NCBI GenBank assembly: GCA_014879445.1
Contig: JACSSC010000058.1
Coordinates: 39,536 to 103,535, forward strand
Direction: 5' to 3'
Length of the DNA: 64,000 bases
Source of the DNA: Candidatus Competibacteraceae bacterium
GTDB taxonomy: Bacteria; Bacteroidota; Bacteroidia; CAIKAF01
Below, piece by piece: positions 30,869-42,096 of the stretch. The notes beneath the pieces are model-generated. The model was not told the origin of the DNA. It worked only from the letters and a program-made list of their open reading frames with translations, and ran no database searches. Made by a program: the position numbers and the translations under genes. How positions within the stretch are numbered: position 1 is the stretch's first letter; the number at the start of each line of letters is the position of its first letter.

Positions 30869-31486
30869 TTATACAAATTCTTCGATTTCGCCAATACCTT
30901 GGCGAATAAGAACCACCTCAGAACCAGAGCAATCAAGCACAGTAGATGGTTCATTATGACCAAAACCACCATCAATCACTAAATCTACAATTTTCTCATA
31001 CTTGTCAGCGATGACATCAGGGTCTGTTGTATATTCCAAAATGCTATCATCGTCATATACAGATGTAGTCAAAATAGGCACGCCCAATTCTCGAACCAAT
31101 TCTACCGGAATTTTATTATCAGGCAGCCTAATGCCTATCGTCTTTTTGCTAGGAATCATTTTAGTTACGGCCTGACCGGCATTCAAAATAAAAGTAAAAG
31201 GGCCTGGTAAAAGGCGCTTCATGAGTTTGAAAGCATCATTACTCACCAGTCGGGCATAATCACCCAACATACTTAAGTCAGAAAAAACGAATGAAAAGTT
31301 AGCTTTTTCAACGGAAATACCTTTGATTTCTGCCATTCTTTTAATGGCATTGGGATGAGTTGACATGCAAGCAAAAGCATAGACACTATCGGTGGGAATA
31401 ATAATCACGCCACCCTCTTTCAACACATCAACGGCTTGCTGAACATGTCGTGGAGCCGGTGATTTAGGATACATTTTTATTTTCAT
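30869..31486 (-). CDS. Sua5/YciO/YrdC family protein (YciO-like)
   Basis: IPTDSVYA, LPGPFTFIL, IGIRLPD, PSTVLD..RQG; lacks the KxR and SxN motifs of TsaC. Confidence 0.85.
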   Translation of the reverse strand: MKIKMYPKSPAPRHVQQAVDVLKEGGVIIIPTDSVYAFACMSTHPNAIKRMAEIKGISVEKANFSFVFSDLSMLGDYARLVSNDAFKLMKRLLPGPFTFILNAGQAVTKMIPSKKTIGIRLPDNKIPVELVRELGVPILTTSVYDDDSILEYTTDPDVIADKYEKIVDLVIDGGFGHNEPSTVLDCSGSEVVLIRQGIGEIEEFV

Positions 31487-31554
31487 GGCAGTATGAATTT
31501 TTAATGAATAATCAGATAAAGAACAAATACCTAGTACCCCATAAATATCCTTCT

Positions 31555-32211
31555 TTAGGATACTGATTTGCGATAGTCGGCTAAGAATTTTTCAAGCCCG
31601 ATATCCGTGAGCGGATGATTGAGCAACGCTGTAATGGCATTGAGCGGGCAAGTAACCACATCGGCGCCCACTTCGGCACATTGAATAATGTGCATAGGAT
31701 GACGCACTGAAGCAGCCAGTACTTGTGTTTCGTAGCCATAATTACCATAAATCTGAACAATTTGGCGAATAAGCAAAATGCCGTCGGTTGATACATCATC
31801 CAATCGTCCGATAAAAGGGGAAACATAAGTAGCACCGGCTTTAGCAGCCAGCAATGCCTGTCCGGCAGAAAAAACGAGTGTGCAATTCGTGCGAATTCCT
31901 TTTTCGGAGAAATACTTCAATGCCTTAACACCATCCTTAATCATTGGGATTTTGACCACGATACGTGGATGAAGTGCTGCAAGTTTTTCTCCTTCTTCTA
32001 TCATTCCATTAAGATCCGTTGATATCACTTCAGCGCTCACGTCACCATCAGAAATTTCACAAATTTTTCGGTAATGATCAAGAATAGATGAACTATCTTT
32101 TATCCCTTCTTTGGCCATGAGAGAAGGATTGGTTGTAACGCCATCCAATACGCCTAATGATTGTGCCTCGGCAATCTGACTTAAATTAGCGGTATCAATA
32201 AAAAATTTCAT
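31555..32211 (-). CDS. tal: Transaldolase / fructose-6-phosphate aldolase family (short type)
   Basis: [48 protein letters not shown]; start at 32211. Confidence 0.92.
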   Translation of the reverse strand: MKFFIDTANLSQIAEAQSLGVLDGVTTNPSLMAKEGIKDSSSILDHYRKICEISDGDVSAEVISTDLNGMIEEGEKLAALHPRIVVKIPMIKDGVKALKYFSEKGIRTNCTLVFSAGQALLAAKAGATYVSPFIGRLDDVSTDGILLIRQIVQIYGNYGYETQVLAASVRHPMHIIQCAEVGADVVTCPLNAITALLNHPLTDIGLEKFLADYRKSVS

Positions 32212-32402
32212 AACAAATTGCTTTACGGCATCAGCTTTCAAAACACATCATAAAGGTATGAGAAATTGAAAAGAATGCCAAGAAAAATACTTAAAATTTA
32301 GTTAACGATAAAAAAAAACGAAAGTACATTCAAAGAATCAATAGGGCAGAAAAAGTTATGTACAAAATGTTAACAGAATATCTATAAAAATCAATAAAAA
32401 AA

Positions 32403-32500
32403 GGGGCAAGTTACTTACATCGCACCGCTACAACCTTCTGCCCTTGCTTTCTTCCGAACCTGGGGGATTCAAAGGGAGCTGGTCGTATAAGACTTACCCC
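32403..32500 (-). ncRNA. ffs: Signal recognition particle RNA (small bacterial type)
   Basis: Minus strand GGGGTAAGT...CAGGTTCGGAAGAAAGCAA...ACTTGCCCC; helix-8 GGAA tetraloop motif, complementary ends, promoter TAATTTTG at 32505-32512. Confidence 0.95.
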
Positions 32501-32591
32501 GGCACAAAATTACAATTTGTTTTGCCTTTACCAAACATCCCATACATAAGCCGAATCAGTTTTCTATCTTTGCCACCTAATAACTACGAAT

Positions 32592-34370
32592 ATGTATCGC
32601 ACACATACATGCGGCGAGCTGCGAATAGAGCACGTTGGCAAAATAGTACTGCTATCTGGATGGGTACAGCGCACACGCGATTTGGGAGGTATGACATTTG
32701 TTGACCTGCGCGACAGATATGGCATTACACAGCTCACCTTTTCGATGGATGAACAACCTGAATTATGCCGTCAGGCACGCGGGTTAGGGAGAGAGTATGT
32801 AATTCAGGTAGAAGGAGTCGTTAGTGAACGTAGTAACAAAAACAAACAAATATCAACCGGAGATATAGAAATCAATGTTTCAAAACTATCCATACTTAAT
32901 GCATCCCAAACACCACCATTCACAATTGAAGAAGAATCCGACGGGGGCGATGAATTAAGAATGAAGTACCGCTATCTTGATTTACGCAGACCTCCATTGC
33001 GTGAAAACATGATATTGCGACACAAAACTGCATTGATTACACGCAATTACTTATCAGCTTTAGGGTTTATGGAAATTGAGACACCATTTCTGATTAAATC
33101 CACACCTGAAGGAGCTCGCGACTTTGTTGTACCCAGCCGCATGCATCCGAGCGAATTCTATGCACTTCCTCAATCTCCACAAACTTTCAAGCAACTTTTA
33201 ATGGTAAGCGGTTACGACAGATATTTTCAGATTGTTCGTTGCTTCAGAGACGAAGACCTGAGAGCTGACCGTCAACCGGAATTCACACAAATTGACTGTG
33301 AGATGTCGTTTGTTACACGCGAAGATGTTTTAAATACCTTTGAAGGATTAGCCAAGCATATACTACGCGAAATCAAAGGCATTGAAATTGGGCAAATTCC
33401 ACAAATGACCTATGATGATGCCATGCGATATTATGGAAGCGACAAGCCCGATATTCGTTTTGATATGAAATTTGTCACCCTTCAATCAACACAAGAATCC
33501 ATACATCTTATTCGAGGCGGACATGGATTTAAGGTATTCGATGAAGCCGAATTAATTGTAGGCATCTGCGCCCAAGGTGCCGCTGATTATACACGCAAAC
33601 AATTAGACGAACTAACCGAGTTTGTGAAAAGACCTCAAATAGGCGCTACCGGATTAATCTATGTAAGATGTACAGCAGACGGCACTTTCAAATCATCCGT
33701 TGATAAATTTTTTGATACTGAAGAATTAGGCAATTGGGCTCAACACTTCGATGCTAAGCCGGGTGATTTGCTGCTTATCATGGCCGGGAAACATGAAAAA
33801 ACCAGAAAACAACTCAATGAGTTGCGTTTAGAAATGGGTACCCGTCTCGGACTTAGGAAAAAAGATGATTATCGATTTTTATGGGTATTGGATTTCCCTA
33901 TGTTTGAATTTAACGAAGAAGACAAGCGATGGTATGCGATGCATCATCCCTTTACATCACCCAAGCAAACCGATATTAATGCCCTCTGTAAAAATCCCGA
34001 ACATGTTAAAGCCAATGCCTATGACCTGGTTCTTAACGGAACAGAAATAGCCGGAGGTTCCATCCGTATTCACAACAAACCCTTACAAGAAGCCGTATTC
34101 AACATATTAGGATTTAGCCCTGAAGAAGCATCCGAAAAGTTTGGTTTTCTAATGACGGCATTTGAATATGGAGCCCCACCACACGGTGGAATAGCATTTG
34201 GATTCGACCGCTTATGTGCTCTATTGGGTGGAAGTGATTCTATTCGAGATTTTATTGCATTCCCCAAAAACAATGCAGGACGCGATACCATGATTAACAG
34301 TCCTTCGGGTATAGATAAACAACAATGGAACGAGTTGCATATTCAGCATCAAAAACATATTTCATCATGA
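32592..34370 (+). CDS. aspS: Aspartate--tRNA ligase
   Basis: [55 protein letters not shown]; promoter element at 32565-32572. Confidence 0.98.
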   Translation: MYRTHTCGELRIEHVGKIVLLSGWVQRTRDLGGMTFVDLRDRYGITQLTFSMDEQPELCRQARGLGREYVIQVEGVVSERSNKNKQISTGDIEINVSKLSILNASQTPPFTIEEESDGGDELRMKYRYLDLRRPPLRENMILRHKTALITRNYLSALGFMEIETPFLIKSTPEGARDFVVPSRMHPSEFYALPQSPQTFKQLLMVSGYDRYFQIVRCFRDEDLRADRQPEFTQIDCEMSFVTREDVLNTFEGLAKHILREIKGIEIGQIPQMTYDDAMRYYGSDKPDIRFDMKFVTLQSTQESIHLIRGGHGFKVFDEAELIVGICAQGAADYTRKQLDELTEFVKRPQIGATGLIYVRCTADGTFKSSVDKFFDTEELGNWAQHFDAKPGDLLLIMAGKHEKTRKQLNELRLEMGTRLGLRKKDDYRFLWVLDFPMFEFNEEDKRWYAMHHPFTSPKQTDINALCKNPEHVKANAYDLVLNGTEIAGGSIRIHNKPLQEAVFNILGFSPEEASEKFGFLMTAFEYGAPPHGGIAFGFDRLCALLGGSDSIRDFIAFPKNNAGRDTMINSPSGIDKQQWNELHIQHQKHISS

Positions 34371-34440
34371 TAAGTTTAGGATGCATGCACTAAAACCACA
34401 TTTTCGTCGTTATGGGATTTTCTTAACTTTGAACCCGTTT

Positions 34441-35532
34441 ATGAAAAAAAGGATATCGGCAATCATACTTACACTTTTTACGGTTATTCCTGCATTCTCT
34501 CAATTAGGAGGAAGCAGCACATACAACTTTCTAAAACTCCCTAATTCAGCCCGGATAGAAGCGCTTGGCGGCGCCACCCCAGCCCTGTTTGATGCCGATT
34601 TGAGTTTAGGTCTGCAAAACCCTGCCACATACAACAAAGGGATGCACAATCAGATTCAACTCAGTTTCAACAATTACTTAGCCAACATCGGTTATGGATT
34701 TGCGGGATATTCAAGAACATGGGATAAAATCGGTTCTTTCATGGGTGGGATACAATACCTAAACTATGGTGATTTTATCAGAGCTGATGAGTCAGGAAAC
34801 CAACTTGGTACATTCACAGCTCATGATGTAGCCATATATATTGGATATTCACGGTCATTTTTTGACTCGTTGCTTTTTGTTGGAGCCAACTTCAAAAATA
34901 TCATTTCGCAATACGCCGAATACAATTCGTATGGTATGGCATTGGATCTAGGTGCCACGTATGTAAGTCGCAACAAACTCTTCACAGCCGGATTGGTTAT
35001 AAAAAACATAGGCGGACAACTTGACCCATACACACCCGGAAATCGTGAGCCCATTCCCTTTGAAATACAAATTGGCGTATCGCAAGCATTCAAACACGTA
35101 CCATTGCGATTCTTTCTTACAGCCACTAATCTCCAACGTCCGGATTTGAGTTATTATGATCGCGACAATCGTTTTGTACAAGATCCGCTTACAGGCGATT
35201 CGATTGATACCAAACTCAATGTTGGTCTCAATATCCTTCGGCATTTCATCATAGGCATGGAATTTTATCCTTTCAAAAAACGTGTATTTCTACGTTTGGC
35301 TTATAATTTTCAGCGAAGTGGAGAGATGTCTGTTGATGCGATGAATGGCGCTGTAGGATTGAGTTATGGAATTGGTGTACGCATTTCACATTTTACCATT
35401 AGTTACAGCCGGGCACATTACTTTATGACACAATCCCCAAATCATTTCACATTGAATATAAATCTTGATGGCTTTTTAAAGGCCAAAAAGAAAAAATCAG
35501 AAGCCCCCCCACCCCCACCGCTACAACCCTGA
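34441..35532 (+). CDS. porQ: Type IX secretion system protein PorQ
   Basis: QLGGSSTYNFL.LP.SAR..ALGG, NPA, QYLNYG.F..ADE.G..GTF, DLG, N.G.Q; start at 34441, promoter element at 34424-34431. Confidence 0.8.
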   Translation: MKKRISAIILTLFTVIPAFSQLGGSSTYNFLKLPNSARIEALGGATPALFDADLSLGLQNPATYNKGMHNQIQLSFNNYLANIGYGFAGYSRTWDKIGSFMGGIQYLNYGDFIRADESGNQLGTFTAHDVAIYIGYSRSFFDSLLFVGANFKNIISQYAEYNSYGMALDLGATYVSRNKLFTAGLVIKNIGGQLDPYTPGNREPIPFEIQIGVSQAFKHVPLRFFLTATNLQRPDLSYYDRDNRFVQDPLTGDSIDTKLNVGLNILRHFIIGMEFYPFKKRVFLRLAYNFQRSGEMSVDAMNGAVGLSYGIGVRISHFTISYSRAHYFMTQSPNHFTLNINLDGFLKAKKKKSEAPPPPPLQP

Positions 35533-35545
35533 TTGGTTGCATTAT

Positions 35546-35652
35546 TGACATCTTGTCAGCGCCTATCTGACATAATAATCATCAAACTGAATTTTTAGCA
35601 ATGATAGCTGACAAAATAGTCATAGAACCTATTTTGGCATAAAATCTGACAA
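35546..35652 (+). promoter_or_regulatory. Putative groESL control region with TGACA repeats and a sigma54-like element
   Basis: TGACA-tct-TGTCA at 35546-35558; further TGACA at 35568, 35609 and 35647; TTGGCATAAAATCTGA at 35634-35649. Confidence 0.5.
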
Positions 35653-35688
35653 TAGGGCGAAGAATGTTAAACATTAAATAAAAAAAGT

Positions 35689-35967
35689 ATGAGTAAGATA
35701 GATGTAAAACCTTTACACGACCGGGTAATCGTTGAACCGGCAGCCGCAGAAGAAAAAACAGCCAGTGGCATCATCATTCCTGATACCGCAAAGGAAAAAC
35801 CCCAACGCGGCACCATCATTGCGGTAGGTAGTGGGAAGAAAGACGAACCCATGACCGTTAAAGTAGGAGACAGCGTACTTTACGGAAAATACTCAGGCAC
35901 TGAAATTCAAATTGAAGGCAAGGATTACCTGATTATGCGTGAAAGCGACATCTTCGCTGTCATCTAA
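35689..35967 (+). CDS. groES: Co-chaperonin GroES
   Basis: [36 protein letters not shown]. Confidence 0.98.
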   Translation: MSKIDVKPLHDRVIVEPAAAEEKTASGIIIPDTAKEKPQRGTIIAVGSGKKDEPMTVKVGDSVLYGKYSGTEIQIEGKDYLIMRESDIFAVI

Positions 35968-37641
<1,674 letters not shown>

Positions 37642-37660
37642 TATTCCATTAATCTATCAC

Positions 37661-37695
37661 AAAAAAGGTCGTTCTGTAAAAGAACGACCTTTTTT
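37661..37695. terminator. Intrinsic terminator of groESL
   Basis: AAAAAAGGTCGTTCT-gtaaa-AGAACGACCTTTTTT. Confidence 0.9.
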
Positions 37696-37854
37696 AATTT
37701 ACACATGTTGACTATGCTTCTCATGCGTAAATGAATCACTATCATTTTCAACACAATCATTCCTTATTGTACTTAAAAATGGTTAAGATGGATAAGAAGA
37801 TTTTTTTAGTTCATACAGTTTTGCAAAATTTGTAGATATTATTTGAATTATTGC

Positions 37855-40005
37855 ATGAAACACTTGTACTTAGCAGCCACTATAGTTTCCATTATCAGCG
37901 TGAAATGTCAGCAAAACAAAGCCCATTATCCTGTTATTCGGGTAACCTATCCAGATACGTATCGAGACAGCAGTCAAGAACACAGCTATTTCGGCACAAA
38001 AATAGCCGACCCTTACCGATGGCTTGAAGACGACAGAAGCAAAGAAACAACCCAATGGGTTGATGCCCAAAATAACGTAACATATGGCTATCTGAAGCAG
38101 ATACCATTTCGCGACTCCATTCGCAACCGGCTAACCAACATTTGGAATTATCCCAAATACTCCACACCGTTTCGTGAAGGTGGTTGGTATTTTTTCTTTA
38201 AGAATGATGGACTGCAAAACCAAAGCGTTTTGTATATTCAAAAAAATCTGGATGACGAGCCCCGAATTTTGATTGATCCCAACACATTATCCAAAGATGG
38301 TACAACATCGCTCAGCGCTTTCAGCGTATCAAAAAACGGGCAATATGCCGCTTATAGTATATCTGAAGGCGGGTCGGACTGGAATACCATTCGTGTAATT
38401 ACACTCTCGGATGGAAAAGAAATGCCTGACGTCGTTTCATGGGTTAAATTTTCTGGTATTTCGTGGTACAAAGACGGTTTTTTTTACAGCAAATTCCCCA
38501 CACCACTTAAAGGAGATGAACTCAAATCATCCAACCGATTTCAGAAAGTATATTACCACCAGTTGGGGCAGCCAACATCTGCCGACCGGCTGATATTTGA
38601 AGACCCAGAAAATCCGTTTCACGGCCATTATGCCAGTGTTACAGAAGATGAACAATATTTAATTTTATCCATTTCGAAAGGCACATATGGTAACAAGATT
38701 TATGTAAAAGACCTAAAAAAAGGCATTGATGCACCATTTATTAAAGTCATTGATGATTTTGAAAATGAAAGCAGTATCGCCGATGCTGACCAAGAATTTC
38801 TCTATGCATTTACCAATATTGGAGCAAAAAAATACAGATTGGTAAAAATCCCCATTGAACAAGCCCACGATCGCAATCGTTGGCAGGATGTAATACCTGA
38901 GTCAGAGGATGTGCTCACCGGCGTTTATAGCAACGGAGGCAAATGGGTAGCCAATTATATGAAAGACGCCAGTTCGGTGGTACGTATTCATGAAAAAGAC
39001 GGCCAATTTGTTCGCAAACTCGATTTGCCGAGCATGGGAACCATTAGCGCATTCAGTGGACGCAAAGAAGATGATACCGCTTTTTACTCATTTACATCCT
39101 TTGCCTATCCTCCAACTATTTTTCAATACCGCATATCAGATGGCAAGACCAGCGAATTCAGAAAATCAGAAATCAAATTTAATCCCGAACATTTTGTTGT
39201 AAAACAAGTATTTTATAAAAGCAAAGACGGGACTAAAATCCCTATGTTTATCGTTCATAAAAAAGGGATTCGTAAAGATGGCAATAATCCATTGCTATTA
39301 TATGGATATGGCGGGTTTGATATCAGCATTTTGCCCAGTTTCAGCATTTCAAACATCGTTTTCTTGGAGCAAGGAGGCATTTATGCTGTAGCCAATCTGC
39401 GTGGGGGCGGTGAATATGGCGAAGATTGGCACAAGGCCGGCATGCTGCTCAATAAACAAAATGTATTTGATGATTTTATTGCAGCCGCCGAGTATTTGAT
39501 TGACGAGAAATACACACAACCCGCCAAATTAGCCGTTCATGGACGCTCCAATGGCGGACTTTTAGTAGGAGCCGTTATGACACAACGACCGGATTTATTT
39601 AAAGTTGCCGTGCCGGCTGTAGGCGTTTTAGATATGCTGCGTTATCACTTATTTACCATCGGACATGCATGGGGAGTAGAATATGGGACAAGCGACGACT
39701 CCCTACATTTCCGCAACCTGCTTACCTATTCGCCCCTGCACAACATTAAAGAAGGTATAAACTATCCGGCAACAATGGTGATGACAGCCGACCATGACGA
39801 CAGGGTGGTACCTGCTCACAGTTTTAAATTTGCAGCTACGCTCCAGGCCAAGCATCAGGGCGATAATCCAGTGCTGATACGTGTTGATACCCAAGCCGGT
39901 CATGGTGCCGGAAAATCCACTTCCATGCTGATTGAAGAATCAACCGACTTTTGGTCGTTTATTATGTATAACCTGAATATGCATCCTCGCTTTCCCCAAC
40001 CATAA
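37855..40005 (+). CDS. Prolyl oligopeptidase (peptidase S9A)
   Basis: DPYRWLED, YGYGGF, NLRGGGEYG, GRSNGG, DHDDRV, AGHGAG catalytic triad; export signal. Confidence 0.96.
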   Translation: MKHLYLAATIVSIISVKCQQNKAHYPVIRVTYPDTYRDSSQEHSYFGTKIADPYRWLEDDRSKETTQWVDAQNNVTYGYLKQIPFRDSIRNRLTNIWNYPKYSTPFREGGWYFFFKNDGLQNQSVLYIQKNLDDEPRILIDPNTLSKDGTTSLSAFSVSKNGQYAAYSISEGGSDWNTIRVITLSDGKEMPDVVSWVKFSGISWYKDGFFYSKFPTPLKGDELKSSNRFQKVYYHQLGQPTSADRLIFEDPENPFHGHYASVTEDEQYLILSISKGTYGNKIYVKDLKKGIDAPFIKVIDDFENESSIADADQEFLYAFTNIGAKKYRLVKIPIEQAHDRNRWQDVIPESEDVLTGVYSNGGKWVANYMKDASSVVRIHEKDGQFVRKLDLPSMGTISAFSGRKEDDTAFYSFTSFAYPPTIFQYRISDGKTSEFRKSEIKFNPEHFVVKQVFYKSKDGTKIPMFIVHKKGIRKDGNNPLLLYGYGGFDISILPSFSISNIVFLEQGGIYAVANLRGGGEYGEDWHKAGMLLNKQNVFDDFIAAAEYLIDEKYTQPAKLAVHGRSNGGLLVGAVMTQRPDLFKVAVPAVGVLDMLRYHLFTIGHAWGVEYGTSDDSLHFRNLLTYSPLHNIKEGINYPATMVMTADHDDRVVPAHSFKFAATLQAKHQGDNPVLIRVDTQAGHGAGKSTSMLIEESTDFWSFIMYNLNMHPRFPQP

Positions 40006-40046
40006 CCCGACTTTGTTGTTATACAAACAACAAAATTTGTTCATCT

Positions 40047-40502
40047 ATGCAACATAAACTAACTATCGGTATGTCTGCACCCAAGTTTAGTGCACCCGAC
40101 CAAGAAGGAAATACCATTTCACTATCAATGTTCAAAGGAAAAAAAGTGATTCTCTATTTCTATCCCAAAGACAACACCCCCGGATGCACTAACGAGGCCT
40201 GCGCTTTCAGGGATGGCTATGAAGAACTATTAACAAAGGGCTATGTAGTGATAGGCGTAAGTACCGATCACGAAGCATCACACCAGCGATTCATTTCACG
40301 ACACCAACTCCCCTTTTCACTGATAGCCGATACCGAAAAAAAAGTACATGAGCTATACGGAACCTGGCAGGAAAAAAAGATGTACGGAAAAAGTTATATG
40401 GGCACCCTTCGGCACACATTTGTTATTGACGAGCTAGGGAATATAGAGAAAATCATTACCAAAGTAGATACGAAAAATCCCATAGCTCAGGTTTTGGTAT
40501 AG
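40047..40502 (+). CDS. bcp: Peroxiredoxin BCP/PrxQ
   Basis: LYFYPKDNTPGCTNEAC, GVS.D..SH..F. Confidence 0.95.
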   Translation: MQHKLTIGMSAPKFSAPDQEGNTISLSMFKGKKVILYFYPKDNTPGCTNEACAFRDGYEELLTKGYVVIGVSTDHEASHQRFISRHQLPFSLIADTEKKVHELYGTWQEKKMYGKSYMGTLRHTFVIDELGNIEKIITKVDTKNPIAQVLV

Positions 40503-40624
40503 AAGAAAACTCAGCATACTGACAATCTGAAAGATAATCCATTGTTAATATCTTTTTTTGATAAATTATTTGGCAATAATGGGTCAAATATGATATATTT
40601 ACCCAACAGATAATGACAAATTTT

Positions 40625-41656
40625 ATGGCAAAAGATGAAAATAAAGAACAGAGCAAACTAGCTAAGGAAAAAATGCAAGCGCTCAAGCTCACCTTAGATC
40701 GCATAGAAAAGACCTATGGAAAAGGAACCATCATGCGACTGGGCGACAACATTATTGAGGCCACAGAGGTAATACCAACGGGCTCGATTACTTTAGATCT
40801 AGCATTGGGGATAGGCGGTTATCCCAAAGGGCGAATCATTGAAATATATGGTCCCGAATCATCCGGAAAAACCACACTAACCCTGCATGCCATAGCAGAG
40901 GCGCAACGCAAAGGAGGCATTGCTGCATTTATTGATGCAGAGCATGCTTTCGACCGTCATTACGCGGAGAAGTTGGGTATTGACACGGAAAATCTACTGA
41001 TATCGCAACCCGACAACGGAGAGCAAGCACTTGAGATTGCCGACAACCTGATTCGTTCGGGTGCCATAGATATCATCGTGATTGATTCGGTAGCTGCCTT
41101 GGTGCCAAAGGGCGAATTAGAGGGCGAAATGGGGGATTCGAAAATGGGGCTTCAAGCCCGATTGATGAGTCAGGCCCTGCGCAAACTTACAGCCAATATC
41201 AGCAAATCAGGTTGTTGTTGTATTTTTATTAATCAGTTGCGTGATAAAATAGGTGTTGTTTATGGTAATCCGGAAACAACAACCGGCGGAAATGCCCTCA
41301 AATTTTACGCATCTCTGCGTCTTGATATTCGGCGAACCGGCCAGATAAAAGATGGAGATAGCATTACAGGCAACCGGATTAAGGTGAAGGTAGTAAAAAA
41401 CAAACTGGCGCCTCCATTCAAAACAGCCGAATTCGACATTATGTATGGAGAAGGAATCAGCAAACCCGGCGAAATTGTGGATTTGGGTGTTGACCTTGAC
41501 ATATTGAAGAAAAGTGGTTCTTGGTATGGATATGGCGAAACCAAACTCGGACAAGGTCGAGATGCGATCAAGCAACTCCTTCTTGACAACCCTGAACTCA
41601 GCGATGAACTGGAACATAAAATTAAAGCTGCGGTGGTTGAAAACAGTGCCGGATAG
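40625..41656 (+). CDS. recA: Recombinase A
   Basis: [45 protein letters not shown]; alternative start at 40613. Confidence 0.99.
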   Translation: MAKDENKEQSKLAKEKMQALKLTLDRIEKTYGKGTIMRLGDNIIEATEVIPTGSITLDLALGIGGYPKGRIIEIYGPESSGKTTLTLHAIAEAQRKGGIAAFIDAEHAFDRHYAEKLGIDTENLLISQPDNGEQALEIADNLIRSGAIDIIVIDSVAALVPKGELEGEMGDSKMGLQARLMSQALRKLTANISKSGCCCIFINQLRDKIGVVYGNPETTTGGNALKFYASLRLDIRRTGQIKDGDSITGNRIKVKVVKNKLAPPFKTAEFDIMYGEGISKPGEIVDLGVDLDILKKSGSWYGYGETKLGQGRDAIKQLLLDNPELSDELEHKIKAAVVENSAG

Positions 41657-41677
41657 TTTTGCCACATACAGCTATAT

Positions 41678-41711
41678 AAAAAGGTCTGCCATAAGGCAGG
41701 CCTTTTTTTTC
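41678..41711 (+). terminator. Intrinsic terminator of recA
   Basis: AAAAAGGTCTGCC-ataa-GGCAGGCCTTTTTTTT. Confidence 0.88.
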
Positions 41712-41722
41712 AACTACTTGTC

Positions 41723-41968
41723 TTACCCACGATTGACAAAATTTATAAAAACAGATTAGGCCTGTGAGTATAGCCCATCTGTAGTTATTTTATACATACC
41801 GTTGTAGTATTATATGAATTTGGATTTGATGGATTAAACTAGCATCAGATTTAAAACAATGATTGAAAAATGTAAATAATAAACCGTATGAGAGGAATAG
41901 TAATAAGCTTACACTAGCGGTATGATGCAGAATAATTTTAATTTTCAGGATGGTTTGTCAAAAGGTAA
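41723..41968 (+). ncRNA. Candidate structured RNA or degenerate palindromic element
   Basis: Nested complementary segments with G-U pairs found by eye; no ORF of 60 aa or more; family not recognised. Confidence 0.3.
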
Positions 41969-42042
41969 ATAGCTAATTAAAATGATTATCGTGTTTTCAT
42001 GAGATGTACTTCAACTCGTACAACGAAAGCAGAGAAAGAGTT

Positions 42043-42075
42043 AAAAAAAAATCCCCGAACAAAGTCGGGGATTTT
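42043..42075 (-). terminator. Intrinsic terminator (possibly bidirectional)
   Basis: A-run, ATCCCCGA-acaaag-TCGGGGAT, then TTT. Confidence 0.85.
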
Positions 42076-42096
42076 CTTAAAGATGATGCTATATAA

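Noticed and set aside
30869-31486. Calling this gene tsaC
   Set aside because: KxR and SxN motifs are missing, so it fits the YciO-like paralogue better
32444-32704. 86-aa + strand ORF upstream of aspS
   Set aside because: Lies antisense to the SRP RNA, crosses two promoters and overlaps aspS out of frame
35593-35612. TTAGCAAT upstream of groES as CIRCE
   Set aside because: Only a partial left arm; no GAGTGCTAA right arm
40012-40034. TTTGTTGTT-ataca-AACAACAAA hairpin between the peptidase gene and bcp
   Set aside because: AT-rich, low-complexity stem without a proper U-tract; no function can be supported
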